DNA of 53,081 bases, filler included, from Stramenopiles sp. TOSAG23-2 (GCA_900128395.1; 3 parts of 3 records of this genome joined end to end with filler, not necessarily neighbours in it); one strand, 5' to 3'; counted from the first letter of the whole stretch, positions 10,259-21,847 are shown. Notes: generated by a model not told the origin, from the sequence alone. Made by a program: numbers and translations.

Positions 10259-13200
10259 ATGGCATCCTTTACTGATAGTTTGCGAGGATTAGGAATCAAC
10301 GCAAATAATAATAACAATGCAACAACAGTGCAACAACAACAAGCGTTACAATCATTAATAAATACTGCAAATCAAGTTTCAAAAGACAGTAGCAATAACA
10401 GACGTAGTGATATTAGCAGTAGTTCTAGCAGACCGAATTATTTCGGTGAATCTAGAAGGGAATCTAATATATTTGAAAATCGCTTGAAACATGTTGAAGG
10501 GCATTATGCAAACCAGGAACAAAAAGAAGAAGCTCCTTCAAAAGCAAGACGCCGTTTGCATTCCACAATAATACAACAAATACACGATGAGGAAGAACAT
10601 CATCGTGCTGCTGCTGGTTTACGAACGAAATATAAAGCTCGCCATGCGGTTGGTAAAAAGAATCGAATCAGTAATTCGTCTCATGAGGTAACTAATTTAT
10701 TTGAATCATTGCCGATATCTGAAAGAATGGTGGTAAAAGCACCTGGTACAACAGAAACTGCACATGGCGTTGCACTCAGAGGGACAGAATCTGATAAATA
10801 TAGAAAATGGAAAAAACAGCAACAAATATTAGCTGCTTCAAGGCGTAAAGTTATGGAGAAAATCCGTGCATCAGGGCATGAAACCAGGGATATATATTTA
10901 AAATTCAATCGTGGAGAAAGTGGTGAAGTCAGTGTTGGAAATTTTGTAAATGGTTTAAAAAAAATGGGTATTCATTTAAGTGGAAATGATATAGAAAGTG
11001 TTGCTGACGTGGTTGATCCAACTAATAGTGGCATTGTGTCCTTTTCTGATTTTGCAAAAGCAATCGATGGAGTTCAAGCTGCATATTCAGCAGAGAAAAA
11101 ACACGAAACGAAACAACGACGCTCATCCATTGCTAAACAACATAAACGCAATGATTTATCAAAAATTGAACGCATGAAAGTTGCAAAGTTAATGGGTAGC
11201 TTGGAGCAAAAGTTGGGTGTACGATTTGGTACAGGTTCAGATCGCTTGCGACGTTTATATATGAGCTTGGACCGTAATGGTGATGGCACTGTGACGAAAG
11301 AAAAGTTGCGTTCTGGGATGGAACGAGTTGGAATTGATCTTAGTGATATGGAATACAATACATTTTTACAACGAATAGAACGTACTGGAGCAGATCAACC
11401 AAAAATGAATCAAAACGATGTGTATTATACAGATCTTTTACATGCCTTTGAGCCGGATAAAGATCCGTCATTGGATTTGAAAAATGTCAAAACAAAAGGT
11501 AAGAAAAGAACTGGTGTTTCAACGAAATATCGTAAAAATTGGACGGATTTAGATTTGTCTGATGATTCATATAAGAAATATCAAAAACATGCGCAACCGG
11601 TAGATCATATAGAAAAACAAATGAACGAATTAAACAAACATGCAGATATAAAATTTGAAGGCTCAAAAGGCCGTTTGCGACCGACACCGATGACAGCTGA
11701 GGAGCGCAAAGTCCAAGGTATGAAGCGATTAGTTTTAAATAAATTGTACGAACGTGGTAAAACAACGACTAAAGCCTTTCTTGATTTAGATAGTGATAGG
11801 GACGGTATAGTAACAAAAGATGATTTGCGAAAAGGTTTAATGAGCCGTCTAGGCATTCCATTAAAGGAAGAGCAAATAAATTTATTATCTGAACATCTTG
11901 GTCGCGGAATGAAAGGTGAAGGGGCAATGATACAAGAATTTGTAGCTGCATTCGAAGATATTGATGGAAATCATGGTTACAGTAATGACATACGCGGTAC
12001 CGGGGGTGGTGGAGAAGTAGAAGGTCCAGTAGCCGCTGCTTTAGGGCATGATGCGGTTATCAATTGGAAAGGATCAAGGGAACATAGGGGACAATTATCG
12101 CGCTCGTTAACGGCACGTGGCACTGCAAATATGGGCCCGCAATATTCTGCTGCCTATTTAAACCAAGATCCAGTTAGTGCTAGAAAAGCTGCTGTAGAAA
12201 AAGCATATACTGAAACTCCAAATAGAGATGCGCGTAGAGGAAGAGCATTGGCGGAGCAAATAGGGGAAAGACTGTCGCAGAAGAGCTCCGACATAAGCAA
12301 ACTATTTATTGAAATGGATACACATAAACATGGAAGTCTTTCATACAAAGAGTTTCGCGAAGGTTTAGATGCAGCTGGAGTCCATATGTCAGATGATGAT
12401 TTCAGGCTTGTTGCAAAGCAAATTGATCCTGTAGGTGATGGGCGAATTGAATATGTCGATTTTGCAAGGACTGTCAAGGGTGACCAAAGACACCCAGATG
12501 ATTTAACAGTTTCACCACAAAAGACCAATGTGGTTACAAAAGAAGGAAAAGCAATTCGTGTTGGTATGTGTTTGACAAATACATCTAGAAATCATTCTGA
12601 TGCAATTCATGAGCTTATGCGAATGCCATCGATGGAAGGTGCTCGTCCGTTACATGAACGAAGCGATAAGTCAGAATTTGTATTGCATGAGGAAGGTCAT
12701 GTGCAAGAAAAATCATACGAAGATTTGAGCCATGTAGCAACGCGCTTGAAAATAGCGGATACACTAGCAAGCAAAATTGGTGATTCTATGCGAGAACAAT
12801 ATGTCAAATTAGAGCGCAGCGGTGACGGGTCATTGACAGCACAGGCAATGCATGATGCATTGGCTGGTAAAGGATTAGACATTAATCAGAACGAAATGAC
12901 TATTTTAATGCAAGAGTCTGGTGTAGAAATTAAAGATTCGGATCCGATGAATACAAAGCTATCGTTTGATGACTTTAAAAGAATGACACATGAAGCTGGC
13001 TTGGGGGATGATGCTAGAGAATATGATTTTGCAAGAGCAGTACAACTCGCTCCCGGTATTGGTCATACCTCTGGTAGTATGAAAAAGATGGAAAAAAATC
13101 GAAAAGGTACATGGGACATTGAAGAACATGTGGTAAAACATTTAACAACTGCGGCTGGCGGTGAAAGTAAACCACCACGTAAGCGGGTCACAAGAGATAA

Positions 13201-13699
13201 AAATATTGAAAGTGGAGTTGGTTTAAGTTTAATGACACCAGTTCAATTGCATGCAAATGATACCAATCAAATTGGTAGATCTGTAGATTATAACATCCAT
13301 AATAGAAACTACCAAGTGAAACATAAATTTGCACACCCGTATCTATACGCAGAACATGATCATATTAGGGAGCAAAAATTATTAGGTGGATGGGAACGCA
13401 GCGTGAACATAAATGGAAGGCGAACCAGTGTAAATAATAAATCGGGCAATAGTAGCAATAATAAAAGTAACACCAATGTAACTCCATCGCGAAAAACTGT
13501 TCTTAATGCCAGTAATAATAAACCTAGAGGTTCATCTAGAATAGTCAAACTTCGCAGTGGTCCACCACCATCGCCAGCGGTAGTAAAACAATCTATGAGT
13601 CGTCCACCACAGCCATCGCCTGCAAGTCGTCGTCATTATACGCCTAGACAAACAGAAAGTCAGATATTTCAACATTTACAATATCCACACAATAATTAA
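10259..13699 (+). CDS. Multi-EF-hand calcium-binding protein
   Basis: DRNGDGTVTKEKL, DSDRDGIVTKDDL, DPVGDGRIEYVDF, DPTNSGIVSFSDF. Confidence 0.85.
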   Translation: MASFTDSLRGLGINANNNNNATTVQQQQALQSLINTANQVSKDSSNNRRSDISSSSSRPNYFGESRRESNIFENRLKHVEGHYANQEQKEEAPSKARRRLHSTIIQQIHDEEEHHRAAAGLRTKYKARHAVGKKNRISNSSHEVTNLFESLPISERMVVKAPGTTETAHGVALRGTESDKYRKWKKQQQILAASRRKVMEKIRASGHETRDIYLKFNRGESGEVSVGNFVNGLKKMGIHLSGNDIESVADVVDPTNSGIVSFSDFAKAIDGVQAAYSAEKKHETKQRRSSIAKQHKRNDLSKIERMKVAKLMGSLEQKLGVRFGTGSDRLRRLYMSLDRNGDGTVTKEKLRSGMERVGIDLSDMEYNTFLQRIERTGADQPKMNQNDVYYTDLLHAFEPDKDPSLDLKNVKTKGKKRTGVSTKYRKNWTDLDLSDDSYKKYQKHAQPVDHIEKQMNELNKHADIKFEGSKGRLRPTPMTAEERKVQGMKRLVLNKLYERGKTTTKAFLDLDSDRDGIVTKDDLRKGLMSRLGIPLKEEQINLLSEHLGRGMKGEGAMIQEFVAAFEDIDGNHGYSNDIRGTGGGGEVEGPVAAALGHDAVINWKGSREHRGQLSRSLTARGTANMGPQYSAAYLNQDPVSARKAAVEKAYTETPNRDARRGRALAEQIGERLSQKSSDISKLFIEMDTHKHGSLSYKEFREGLDAAGVHMSDDDFRLVAKQIDPVGDGRIEYVDFARTVKGDQRHPDDLTVSPQKTNVVTKEGKAIRVGMCLTNTSRNHSDAIHELMRMPSMEGARPLHERSDKSEFVLHEEGHVQEKSYEDLSHVATRLKIADTLASKIGDSMREQYVKLERSGDGSLTAQAMHDALAGKGLDINQNEMTILMQESGVEIKDSDPMNTKLSFDDFKRMTHEAGLGDDAREYDFARAVQLAPGIGHTSGSMKKMEKNRKGTWDIEEHVVKHLTTAAGGESKPPRKRVTRDKNIESGVGLSLMTPVQLHANDTNQIGRSVDYNIHNRNYQVKHKFAHPYLYAEHDHIREQKLLGGWERSVNINGRRTSVNNKSGNSSNNKSNTNVTPSRKTVLNASNNKPRGSSRIVKLRSGPPPSPAVVKQSMSRPPQPSPASRRHYTPRQTESQIFQHLQYPHNN

Positions 13700-14303
13700 A
13701 AAAAAATGTACGTTCGTATGAGATTTCAATAAATAAAATACAACACCTATGATAAATTTAATTTTAAGAAATGTGTGTGGTGTGAACAAAAATTTATTTT
13801 TAATAATATCTCTAAGAGACATTATTCATGTGCCTACATGATATATACTTCATATCATAAAACCCTACGAACTAGAGAGAGGATCTTCTCAACTACGAAC
13901 TATGTGTATTTTTTTATTTATAAAATACCATTTAGCACCATTGGAATTTTTTGGAATTAATGTTATATCATTTTTTACATTATTTTATTTTCTAATATGA
14001 TGATGTTACTGATGTGGTGGTATTTCCTTAATTTAAACGGTAAAAATAATATGATGATAAATGCACAAATGATAATTTAAATTATTGTATTTGTACAGTA
14101 TATACATAGATATGATAGAATAAATTACATCTCTCTTTATTATACATACTTTGAAATATTAAAATCACGATAAGACGAACAAATTATTTGAAAGAATAAC
14201 AAACTTGAAGCAAGACAAATATAAGAAAGAACAATTTATTCAACACTCTAAAATAAAATTAGTTTTTTATATGTTAAGCACTTAATAATTTAATAAATAT
14301 ATA

Positions 14304-14393
14304 ATGAAATTGCATAAGATATTATTTTTAATTATATGTATATTGTTAGTAATTGTAACGTATGATATTGGTGCAACAAATGGAAAAAAGGTG

Positions 14394-14425
<32 letters not shown>

Positions 14426-15095
14426 GGATGACCTTGGGTTGGGGGGTACAGCACCAGTTCTGGTCTGTACAGCATGTACGCGTGTCATTGGGCGAATTGG
14501 TGTTGATGTAACAAAGCGTCTCGAAAAAAATGATCAATGGAGCAAAGGATTGAAATCAAAATATAATACAATGTTGCAAGCAGCATGTGCAAACAGGGAG
14601 GATTTTCCATTAAACAACGAGATATTTGTAAAAGGTTGTGCAATATTTATGTCAAAATATAAAAAAGCAGCTTTGAAGAAAATATCGAATCATTTGAATC
14701 CAAAAGCTGATGAATTTGAAGAAGACATAGTGGAGAAAGAATTTTGTACAGATTTAGGCGCTTGTCCAAATGGTATGCGAACAATTGATGAACATATGAA
14801 TAGTCCGTAAGTAAAAATTTTATTTCTCTCTAATAAACCTCAAAACGATATTCTCTAACACATCACTCATTCATATGCTACGCTCCACAGACCACCGAGT
14901 AAAGTTCGTGAGAAAGACAGAATGCCTCCTCAAGGTGGAGGTATGGATCCAAATAATGTCAATATTCCAGAACATTTAAAATATATTATTATTTTTTACA
15001 CTCTGTGTATTCTTTTGGAGAGTAGAAATTTATTATTAAGAGAGAGTAAATTAAAAAAAAAATACAAAAAATATATATGTTGTTTGCGTAATTAA
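14304..15095 (+). CDS. Secreted/ER saposin-like (Canopy/DUF3456-type) protein; probable intron 14807-14890
   Basis: Signal peptide, poly-K, CTAC..C..C..CxxLGAC cysteine spacing. The apparent stop lies inside a GTAAGT donor. A CACAG acceptor at 14890 continues in frame (PPPSKVREKDRMPPQGGGMDPNN...) to TAA at 15095. The unspliced end is 14810. Confidence 0.6.
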
Positions 15096-15130
15096 GAGAG
15101 AGGATATTTATATTTTACAGAAAATTGCCG

Positions 15131-15451
15131 CTATTTCGTTTGCTTCTCTAATATTTTATAAATTTCATCTTTTATATATTTAATACCATGTGGTGCATAT
15201 GTACCAGTAGAAGGGACTAAAACCAAACAACTTATATCTCCTAAACCATCTAAATATTCATATAACTCATCTATTGTGTATGTACAGGTTTTCATATGTG
15301 GGTTTAATTTTTTAATTTCCTCTTCGTATATATTCACTATTCCTAACATTCCTTCTTGTAACGTTGGATAATCATACCATTTTTTTGTATTCACATTGAT
15401 AGTAAATTGTATCAATACAATCGTATGCAAAGACGATGGTTTTGTTGACAT
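15131..15451 (-). CDS. ERH: Enhancer of rudimentary homolog
   Basis: HTIVLIQF...DY...IYEEEIKKLNP...TYTIDELYEYLDGLGDISCLV...YAPH...IKDEIY. Confidence 0.93.
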   Translation of the reverse strand: MSTKPSSLHTIVLIQFTINVNTKKWYDYPTLQEGMLGIVNIYEEEIKKLNPHMKTCTYTIDELYEYLDGLGDISCLVLVPSTGTYAPHGIKYIKDEIYKILEKQTK

Positions 15452-15934
15452 TTATATGTTCGCGAATAATAATAATAATAATAATAGTAATATATATATA
15501 TATATATATATATATACCTAGATTACCTGTACAATGGACTCTATCTTACGTGCTTACGATTCATTGTTGTAAAATTGTTATTTATTTTTTTTTTTGTTTT
15601 TTGAATTGAAGAAAAAATTTTTGTTTCTTTGTTTGTTTTATTAAAAAGCAAAAATGACGATTTTCGTCTTTCACAATAGACATGCCAAAAGATCAAAATT
15701 TCCGCCGTAGTAGTATATAATATTTGTTGTTGATATACATTTTTGTTTTTATATTAATTAAATTAATATATATAGACTTTTACTGTTTGTGATTGTGTGT
15801 GTAGAATTCTCAATATATGTAAGATTTATTGTTTCTTTCATTCTCGCAATATTATCAATATTACATGTATATATATATGTTCATTATACGTATATGGTTA
15901 GATTGGCGTATGACACATATTATAAGATATAATT

Positions 15935-16891
15935 ATGACGAGTGTAGTAGTAAACGATGTAAATAATAATAATAATGAAGAAAAACGACGAAGAGAAATT
16001 ATATTGAATGATCAAGATGTGGAAACATTTAAAAAACAAAATTATATGGTGATTGATAATTTTTTAGGGGAGGATTGGTCGTCTGTTTTATTGGATGATT
16101 GTAAGAAAATGCAAAATAAGGGACTCGTAACACAACACTACTTTAAATTTGGAAATGCATTATATGAAAAACCAAATATTTTTGAATTAGATTTACATGA
16201 TGAAAAGAAGCGGAAGGAATCAAATGAGTTGAATTTTATATTTGAAACGGGTGGACCAAACTTTGTATTGGAAGCGAAAAAAAAATTAACGTTTTTAAAT
16301 TTAGCAAATGAACCATCAGCAATTAAATTGCAATATAATAAAGGAAATGGAGGTTGTTTTCCATATCACTATGATAATCCTGGACCCCCTTCGCGTCGAC
16401 AATTAACTTGTATTGTATATCTTAATCAAAATTGGAAGGAAGGTGATGGTGGTGAACTTGAATTATTACCATTTTTATCGAAAAAAATTATAATTAAACC
16501 AATCATGGATCGAGCCGTCTTGTTTCGTAGTGATATGTTTTTACATCGTGTCTTACCATCAAGTAAAGAACGATATTGTTTTACCATATGGGTTGATGGA
16601 TTAACTGTAAATGAAGATAAAGATGTATTATTAACACGTGACAAATTACGTTTTACATCATGGGAAGAGGCTGAACAATTTTTTGCTAATTCACCATTAC
16701 AACGAGTTATTGGTCGTGCTGTATATGATAAAGAATATCAAAGTAGTTTACTGGAATGTGTTGGTGGGACAAATGGTGAGCAACCGATGTTAATGCAGCA
16801 TGATAAAGCGGTATCAAATATTTACAAAAGTTTAAAACCATTAATAAATGAATTTCGCAATCGTAAAACATTAATTCAACATGGTGATTAA
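15935..16891 (+). CDS. 2-oxoglutarate/Fe(II) dioxygenase, EGLN/SM-20-like prolyl-hydroxylase family
   Basis: HYD...RQLTCIVYLN..W...DGGELEL...FRSD..LHRVLP...RYCFTIW (HxD...H...R). Confidence 0.88.
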   Translation: MTSVVVNDVNNNNNEEKRRREIILNDQDVETFKKQNYMVIDNFLGEDWSSVLLDDCKKMQNKGLVTQHYFKFGNALYEKPNIFELDLHDEKKRKESNELNFIFETGGPNFVLEAKKKLTFLNLANEPSAIKLQYNKGNGGCFPYHYDNPGPPSRRQLTCIVYLNQNWKEGDGGELELLPFLSKKIIIKPIMDRAVLFRSDMFLHRVLPSSKERYCFTIWVDGLTVNEDKDVLLTRDKLRFTSWEEAEQFFANSPLQRVIGRAVYDKEYQSSLLECVGGTNGEQPMLMQHDKAVSNIYKSLKPLINEFRNRKTLIQHGD

Positions 16892-17572
16892 TTCAAGAGA
16901 GGTGGGTTGTAACCTGATGAGATCTGGCCCAGGATCTGGGAGATGGTTTTTAGGTTCTATTTTTAGGGCGTCGTCCAACAACAATACCAGGTAGCTCTAA
17001 TATAATAAACAAAAATTTAGGCCTCTTTTTTGCAGAACTCCCTAGATATAGGCACTGGTGTGGTAGATCATGTATACTAAAATATAATAATAATATTAAT
17101 AATAATAGCATTGGAATACTGTAGAACACAGAGAGGTATTTATACAAAAAGCCTTTGAAAAACACGACTGAGAAGAGTTTTTGAACAAAGAGATACCAGG
17201 TAAATAGTAAAGAAGAAGAAGGACCAAAAATAAAAATCAGCTTCTTATCACCACAATATAATTATAGCAACTTAAACTATACATCTATGCTGTACTAATA
17301 AGCACCTAATTCGATATCCAGGATATCCAAAAATGCATATGCAATATGCAACATATTATGTATTATTTATTAATATCAACTATATTATATTGTGTTTTTG
17401 AATCATTTAAGTCCATTAAGCTATATAGTACAACGAGAAGGAATTAAAAAAGAGCGAGACAAATTACAGATAGAGAATTATTTGAACACATATATAGATT
17501 AAAAATAGAAGATTTACTTTTTTTTTATATGCATACACATATACATACATATATTATATATACGCTATTATC

Positions 17573-17652
17573 ATGAACATTGTACAAGAATTTGTCAACA
17601 CTTTACCGCGTGCTATTGAATTAATACAAGCTATGTGTACAGCAATATATGT
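17573..17652 (+). CDS. 5' fragment of an unknown gene truncated by the gap
   Basis: ATG MNIVQEFVNTLPRAIELIQAMCTAIY, open up to the N run, after an AT-rich leader. Confidence 0.4.
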
Positions 17653-17752
17653 NNNNNNNNNNNNNNNNNNNNNNNNNNNNNNNNNNNNNNNNNNNNTTAA
17701 TTAATTAANNNNNNNNNNNNNNNNNNNNNNNNNNNNNNNNNNNNNNNNNNNN
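17653..17752. other. Artificial assembly spacer N44-TTAATTAATTAA-N44
   Basis: Exactly 100 nt with a palindromic six-frame stop cassette; identical to 35385-35484. Confidence 0.97.
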
Positions 17753-17850
17753 AAGAATTTTTCAAACATGATCAAGTTAATAATGAAATTGTAGAAAAAA
17801 TCGAAGAGGATGAAGATGAAGAAGACGACAGTAGTGACGATGATTTTTAA
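17753..17850 (+). CDS. 3' fragment of an unknown gene with an acidic tail
   Basis: EFFKHDQVNNEIVEKIEEDEDEEDDSSDDDF*, open from the gap. Confidence 0.55.
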
Positions 17851-18150
17851 AAAAAAGTTTTTATACGCACATATTAATATACGAATAAATACTCGTATTA
17901 TATACGAATATATATATTGCGTAAACTTAAATTATATTAGTTATGCATTAATTATACACTATTTTATATATATATGCATATATATATATATATATATAAC
18001 TACGAAGTCGTATGATATACGCTCGTATATTTTACATTTAAATGAAATATTATTAAAAATACGAATCGTGTAAATATTTTTAATGATATGCATTTATATA
18101 TATTATAAAAAATTATTATTGGAATAATATTACAACATTTGGAATTTTTT

Positions 18151-19164
18151 TTACCATATTTCACTTCCTAAATCATCATCATCATCCGACAAAAAATCAT
18201 CCCATTGCAATTTAACTTTAGTCTTCTTTACTTTAGAAGTGATACTATCGTCACTATTATTATTATTATCATTATTTATATTTCTTTTTATTTTTTTATA
18301 CAAATTGTTGTTGTTGTTCTTACTTTTGTTCTTGTTATAATTACTAGCAGAAATATTATTTTGAGTATTGATGGGCCGCCTAGAATTTACATTATAAATA
18401 TTTGATATAGTGTTTGTACCTCTTTTTGTTGTTACAGCATGTACCATTAATTGTTCATTATTAAAATGATCGTTATCATTACCATTATAGTCATTTCTAG
18501 TTAACATAGCAGGAGATTTACTAAAATTATTATCATTTAAAAAAGAATCATTACTATGATAACGTGAATTATTTGTTTTTTTTGATCTAATTTGTTTTTG
18601 AAGGTTTTGTTGATTATCGTTAATAGCACGTTTTCTTTTCTTCTTCACTTTTTTCCTAGACGGTACTTCAAATACATATTTATCTTCGTCAACATTATTT
18701 TCATCATTGTAGGTTATATCCTGTTTTGCGCCATCATCGTCTGAAAGATATTCGTCCCATTGACTTGGTTGTTTTTGTGCATGTTGTGGTGTTGCTGGTT
18801 GGTTATCGTAATAATAATTGTTATTGATATTGTCATTATTACAACCAGTTTTCATATATGAACCTGAATTATTCTTATTATTATTATAAATTTTTTGATT
18901 ATCGCAATCATCAATTCCATATTCATTATGTTCAATTACTTTTTGCAACGCATTTTGTCTTGCTTCATAAATCATTTCTCCATACTTTTTATTATATTGT
19001 TGCACTACGATTCTACAATCTTTCGCTTTATCACTACTGCAATAAATTTTCCTAACACTTTGTTTTTCGTTACACATTCTACATTTAAATTTTTTCGATT
19101 TTGGTTTTTGTATGACTTGAAACATTTCACAAGAAAAACATCTTGCAACAATATAAATAGGCAT
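18151..19164 (-). CDS. MRNIP: MRN-complex-interacting protein-like (N-terminal zinc ribbon, Asn-rich tail)
   Basis: RCFSCEMFQV..K.KKFKCRMCNEKQSVRKIY..S..AKDCRIVVQQYN. Confidence 0.85.
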   Translation of the reverse strand: MPIYIVARCFSCEMFQVIQKPKSKKFKCRMCNEKQSVRKIYCSSDKAKDCRIVVQQYNKKYGEMIYEARQNALQKVIEHNEYGIDDCDNQKIYNNNKNNSGSYMKTGCNNDNINNNYYYDNQPATPQHAQKQPSQWDEYLSDDDGAKQDITYNDENNVDEDKYVFEVPSRKKVKKKRKRAINDNQQNLQKQIRSKKTNNSRYHSNDSFLNDNNFSKSPAMLTRNDYNGNDNDHFNNEQLMVHAVTTKRGTNTISNIYNVNSRRPINTQNNISASNYNKNKSKNNNNNLYKKIKRNINNDNNNNSDDSITSKVKKTKVKLQWDDFLSDDDDDLGSEIW

Positions 19165-19449
19165 ATTTGCTTCTGTCCTACTTGTTTATCTTTATATTAA
19201 TTTTGTATTCGTCACTCTTTTGTGCTGATGATGTTATACTACATATGTAATGTATTTCTATTTTCGAATTTCAAATACTATAAATGATATTATAATACTT
19301 GGTATTATATTATTTGTAGTAAGTTAAGGTGACTATTAGAAAGTAATAATAAATTTTCATAAAAATAATAATGGAATCTTAATCTCCCCCTTAAATTATT
19401 ACCCTGCTAAGGCATGGTAATAAAACCATTGCCGGCGGCTCGCTTTTTA

Positions 19450-19490
19450 GCTTGCCAGGCTTGCCAGGCTTGCCAGGCTTGCCTAGGCTT
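19450..19490. repeat. 9-bp tandem array GCTTGCCAG x3 plus variants in the MRNIP/DTL divergent region
   Basis: Units at 19450, 19459 and 19468, followed by gcttgcctag. Confidence 0.9.
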
Positions 19491-19692
19491 GGTACCTGGT
19501 ATTTATTTCATCACTAATAGCCAGGATAGCAACGCAATACAAATAAATATCTGAATAATCTATTTCTTTCCACCTTTACGTATGTAATATGTACATATAA
19601 AACCATAAGATTTTGATATAGAAGGGAGAAAAGTAAATAACTCATCTCATACATAACTTGAAAATTGTAAATACACAGTAGATCTAGTAAGT

Positions 19693-21522
19693 ATGTATCA
19701 AATATTGAAACGGCAACAGTATGGCCGTTGTACAAAAAATAAATCACATTATTATCCAAATAAATTATATTACAATGAAACGGTGAACCTAAAACAAAGT
19801 TATGAACACCCTATTACGACAATTCAATTTGACGGAGTAAAGTCCAGGGAACAGCATTTGGCATCGGTTACATTACATGATGGATTGATAACGATTTCAA
19901 AACCTTCGTCATCTTCAACATCTAATATGCCACAATATTTTAATTCAAAAAATGAAAATGTCTTAACAAGTTGGGTTGGGCATGATAATAGTATTTTTGA
20001 TTGCTCCTGGTATAACAATGGCAGGTGCTTAGCAACCGCATCGTCGGATGGCATATGTAAATTATGGGATGTAACAACAAAAAATGAACTTGCTTCGTTT
20101 GCTTCACCAAAACAAAATTTAATTTTATCATTTAAGACAATCCGCCCATGTTCTGGAAATGAAAATTTATTTGTTACCAGTGGAAGAGATGGTTCGATAT
20201 TTATGTGGGATTGTCGACAACGGGCAAGCCATTCTTTACAACATTCATATTCTCAAACGAAAATCATTTGCAAAAAACCTGTAAGACATATTGCAAATGG
20301 CCACGCTGTATATACAAATGCTGCTGGTAATAATAGTTCTAATTCTTCCAATAGACGGCGTAATCAATTCAAATCATTATTTAGTGCAAATTCATTAACT
20401 CTACAAAATGGTGTTTCAAATGCAATATTTGGTAATCATGATGGTACAAACGTATTATCATCTGGTTCCAGCGATGGTTTAATTAAGATATGGGATATGC
20501 GAAAAATATACACTACTAGTTTTTCTAGTAATAATAGCAATCACGCATCAATTGGTAATAACAGCAGCAGCAGTAGCAGTAGTATTAAGAAGAAGAGGCG
20601 AAAATATAATAGTAGTGAAAATCGTCCACCAACACCATTAACTATCATACAAGAACCTAGTGTATTCCCGTTTACAAATAATAAGAAAAATTGGCTAGGT
20701 TCGAATTCTACATTTTTGGATAGTAAGAGTATTAATGAAAACATCGTTAATAAATTTAATTTAAAGAACCAGGGAAACAAAAAAAATAATTTTATCAGTA
20801 GTAATGAAAGGAATATAAACATCAATTCATATTATTATCGTAATATTAATATGAATAACAATAACAACAGTAGAACTAATAGTAATTCAATATCAACTAT
20901 ACGTAAACTTCCTTTAAATAATAAAAGTAATTTACAACGCAAAAATCATGGTATTGCATCAATAGATATAGATCCAACATATACTAAATTGCTCGTTTCA
21001 TATTTAAATCAATCAATACATGTATATGATTTAGCTGGTTGTATGGAAAATAATTATCCAACAAAATATGATGGGTATTCTTATTGTTGTAAATCTTACT
21101 TTATAAAATCATCATGGACTAGCGATGGTAAATATATTTTGAGTGGTTCAAGTAACGGCATGGGTTATTTATGGAAAGACCATTCATCCTCCACGTTGTC
21201 AAAGTTTGATTATGATGATGTTAATGATAATAGTAAAAAATCGGTTATCAAGCCATCCTTCATATTTCCTATTTGCGATAGTGAAAATGATGATGTTACA
21301 AACGTTGTGACTCCAAAAACTGGAAATAGCATAACAGATTTGTCATTTGTTGCTACAGCATCTATTTCATCAAGTAATACATCATTGCATCAAATAAAAT
21401 TTTGGGACTTATATAATTCAGAATATGAAGTTGATTTAAATGCTACCGTACGAAAAGATCATCAAGGGATAAATTGTGTATCATCATCTGAAACAAGAAA
21501 GAGAAAAAAAAGAGGGGTTTAA
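19693..21522 (+). CDS. DTL: WD40 protein, denticleless/Cdt2-like
   Basis: WVGHDNSIFD, ATASSDGICKLWD, TSGRDGSIFMWDCR, DGLIKIWDMRK, SYFIKSSWTSDGKYILSGSS. Confidence 0.75.
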   Translation: MYQILKRQQYGRCTKNKSHYYPNKLYYNETVNLKQSYEHPITTIQFDGVKSREQHLASVTLHDGLITISKPSSSSTSNMPQYFNSKNENVLTSWVGHDNSIFDCSWYNNGRCLATASSDGICKLWDVTTKNELASFASPKQNLILSFKTIRPCSGNENLFVTSGRDGSIFMWDCRQRASHSLQHSYSQTKIICKKPVRHIANGHAVYTNAAGNNSSNSSNRRRNQFKSLFSANSLTLQNGVSNAIFGNHDGTNVLSSGSSDGLIKIWDMRKIYTTSFSSNNSNHASIGNNSSSSSSSIKKKRRKYNSSENRPPTPLTIIQEPSVFPFTNNKKNWLGSNSTFLDSKSINENIVNKFNLKNQGNKKNNFISSNERNININSYYYRNINMNNNNNSRTNSNSISTIRKLPLNNKSNLQRKNHGIASIDIDPTYTKLLVSYLNQSIHVYDLAGCMENNYPTKYDGYSYCCKSYFIKSSWTSDGKYILSGSSNGMGYLWKDHSSSTLSKFDYDDVNDNSKKSVIKPSFIFPICDSENDDVTNVVTPKTGNSITDLSFVATASISSSNTSLHQIKFWDLYNSEYEVDLNATVRKDHQGINCVSSSETRKRKKRGV

Positions 21523-21847
21523 TTTAATTCCATTTAAAATTATAATGTATACTATTATTTTTTATTGCACTACTATTTTATATGATACCAGGTTTACCTA
21601 ATCATCTAGGTCCTAGACTTTTCTTAAGGTATACCAGGTATTCTATTATCTCAATTTATAACGCTATTAATAGATCTATGCCATACCAGCTTATTATACC
21701 ACCAGGTGTAATAATACGAGGTATTGTGCTATTATAAAATAAATAAAAATAAAATAAATAAGTATGTAGGTATATATAACCTAGTCTATTCATTGTACAT
21801 GTACATATATACAGAGACAAAATATTAAATGATTATCGCCACAAATT

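Noticed and set aside
16911..16945. AACCTGAT...GGGAG resembles the 3' half of a TPP riboswitch
   Set aside because: No upstream CTGAGA or matching stems, and no thiamine gene adjacent.
17697..17708. TTAATTAATTAA palindrome (also 35429-35440) as a piggyBac TTAA site or biological element
   Set aside because: It is centred in identical 44-N flanks totalling 100 nt, so it is a synthetic six-frame stop linker.
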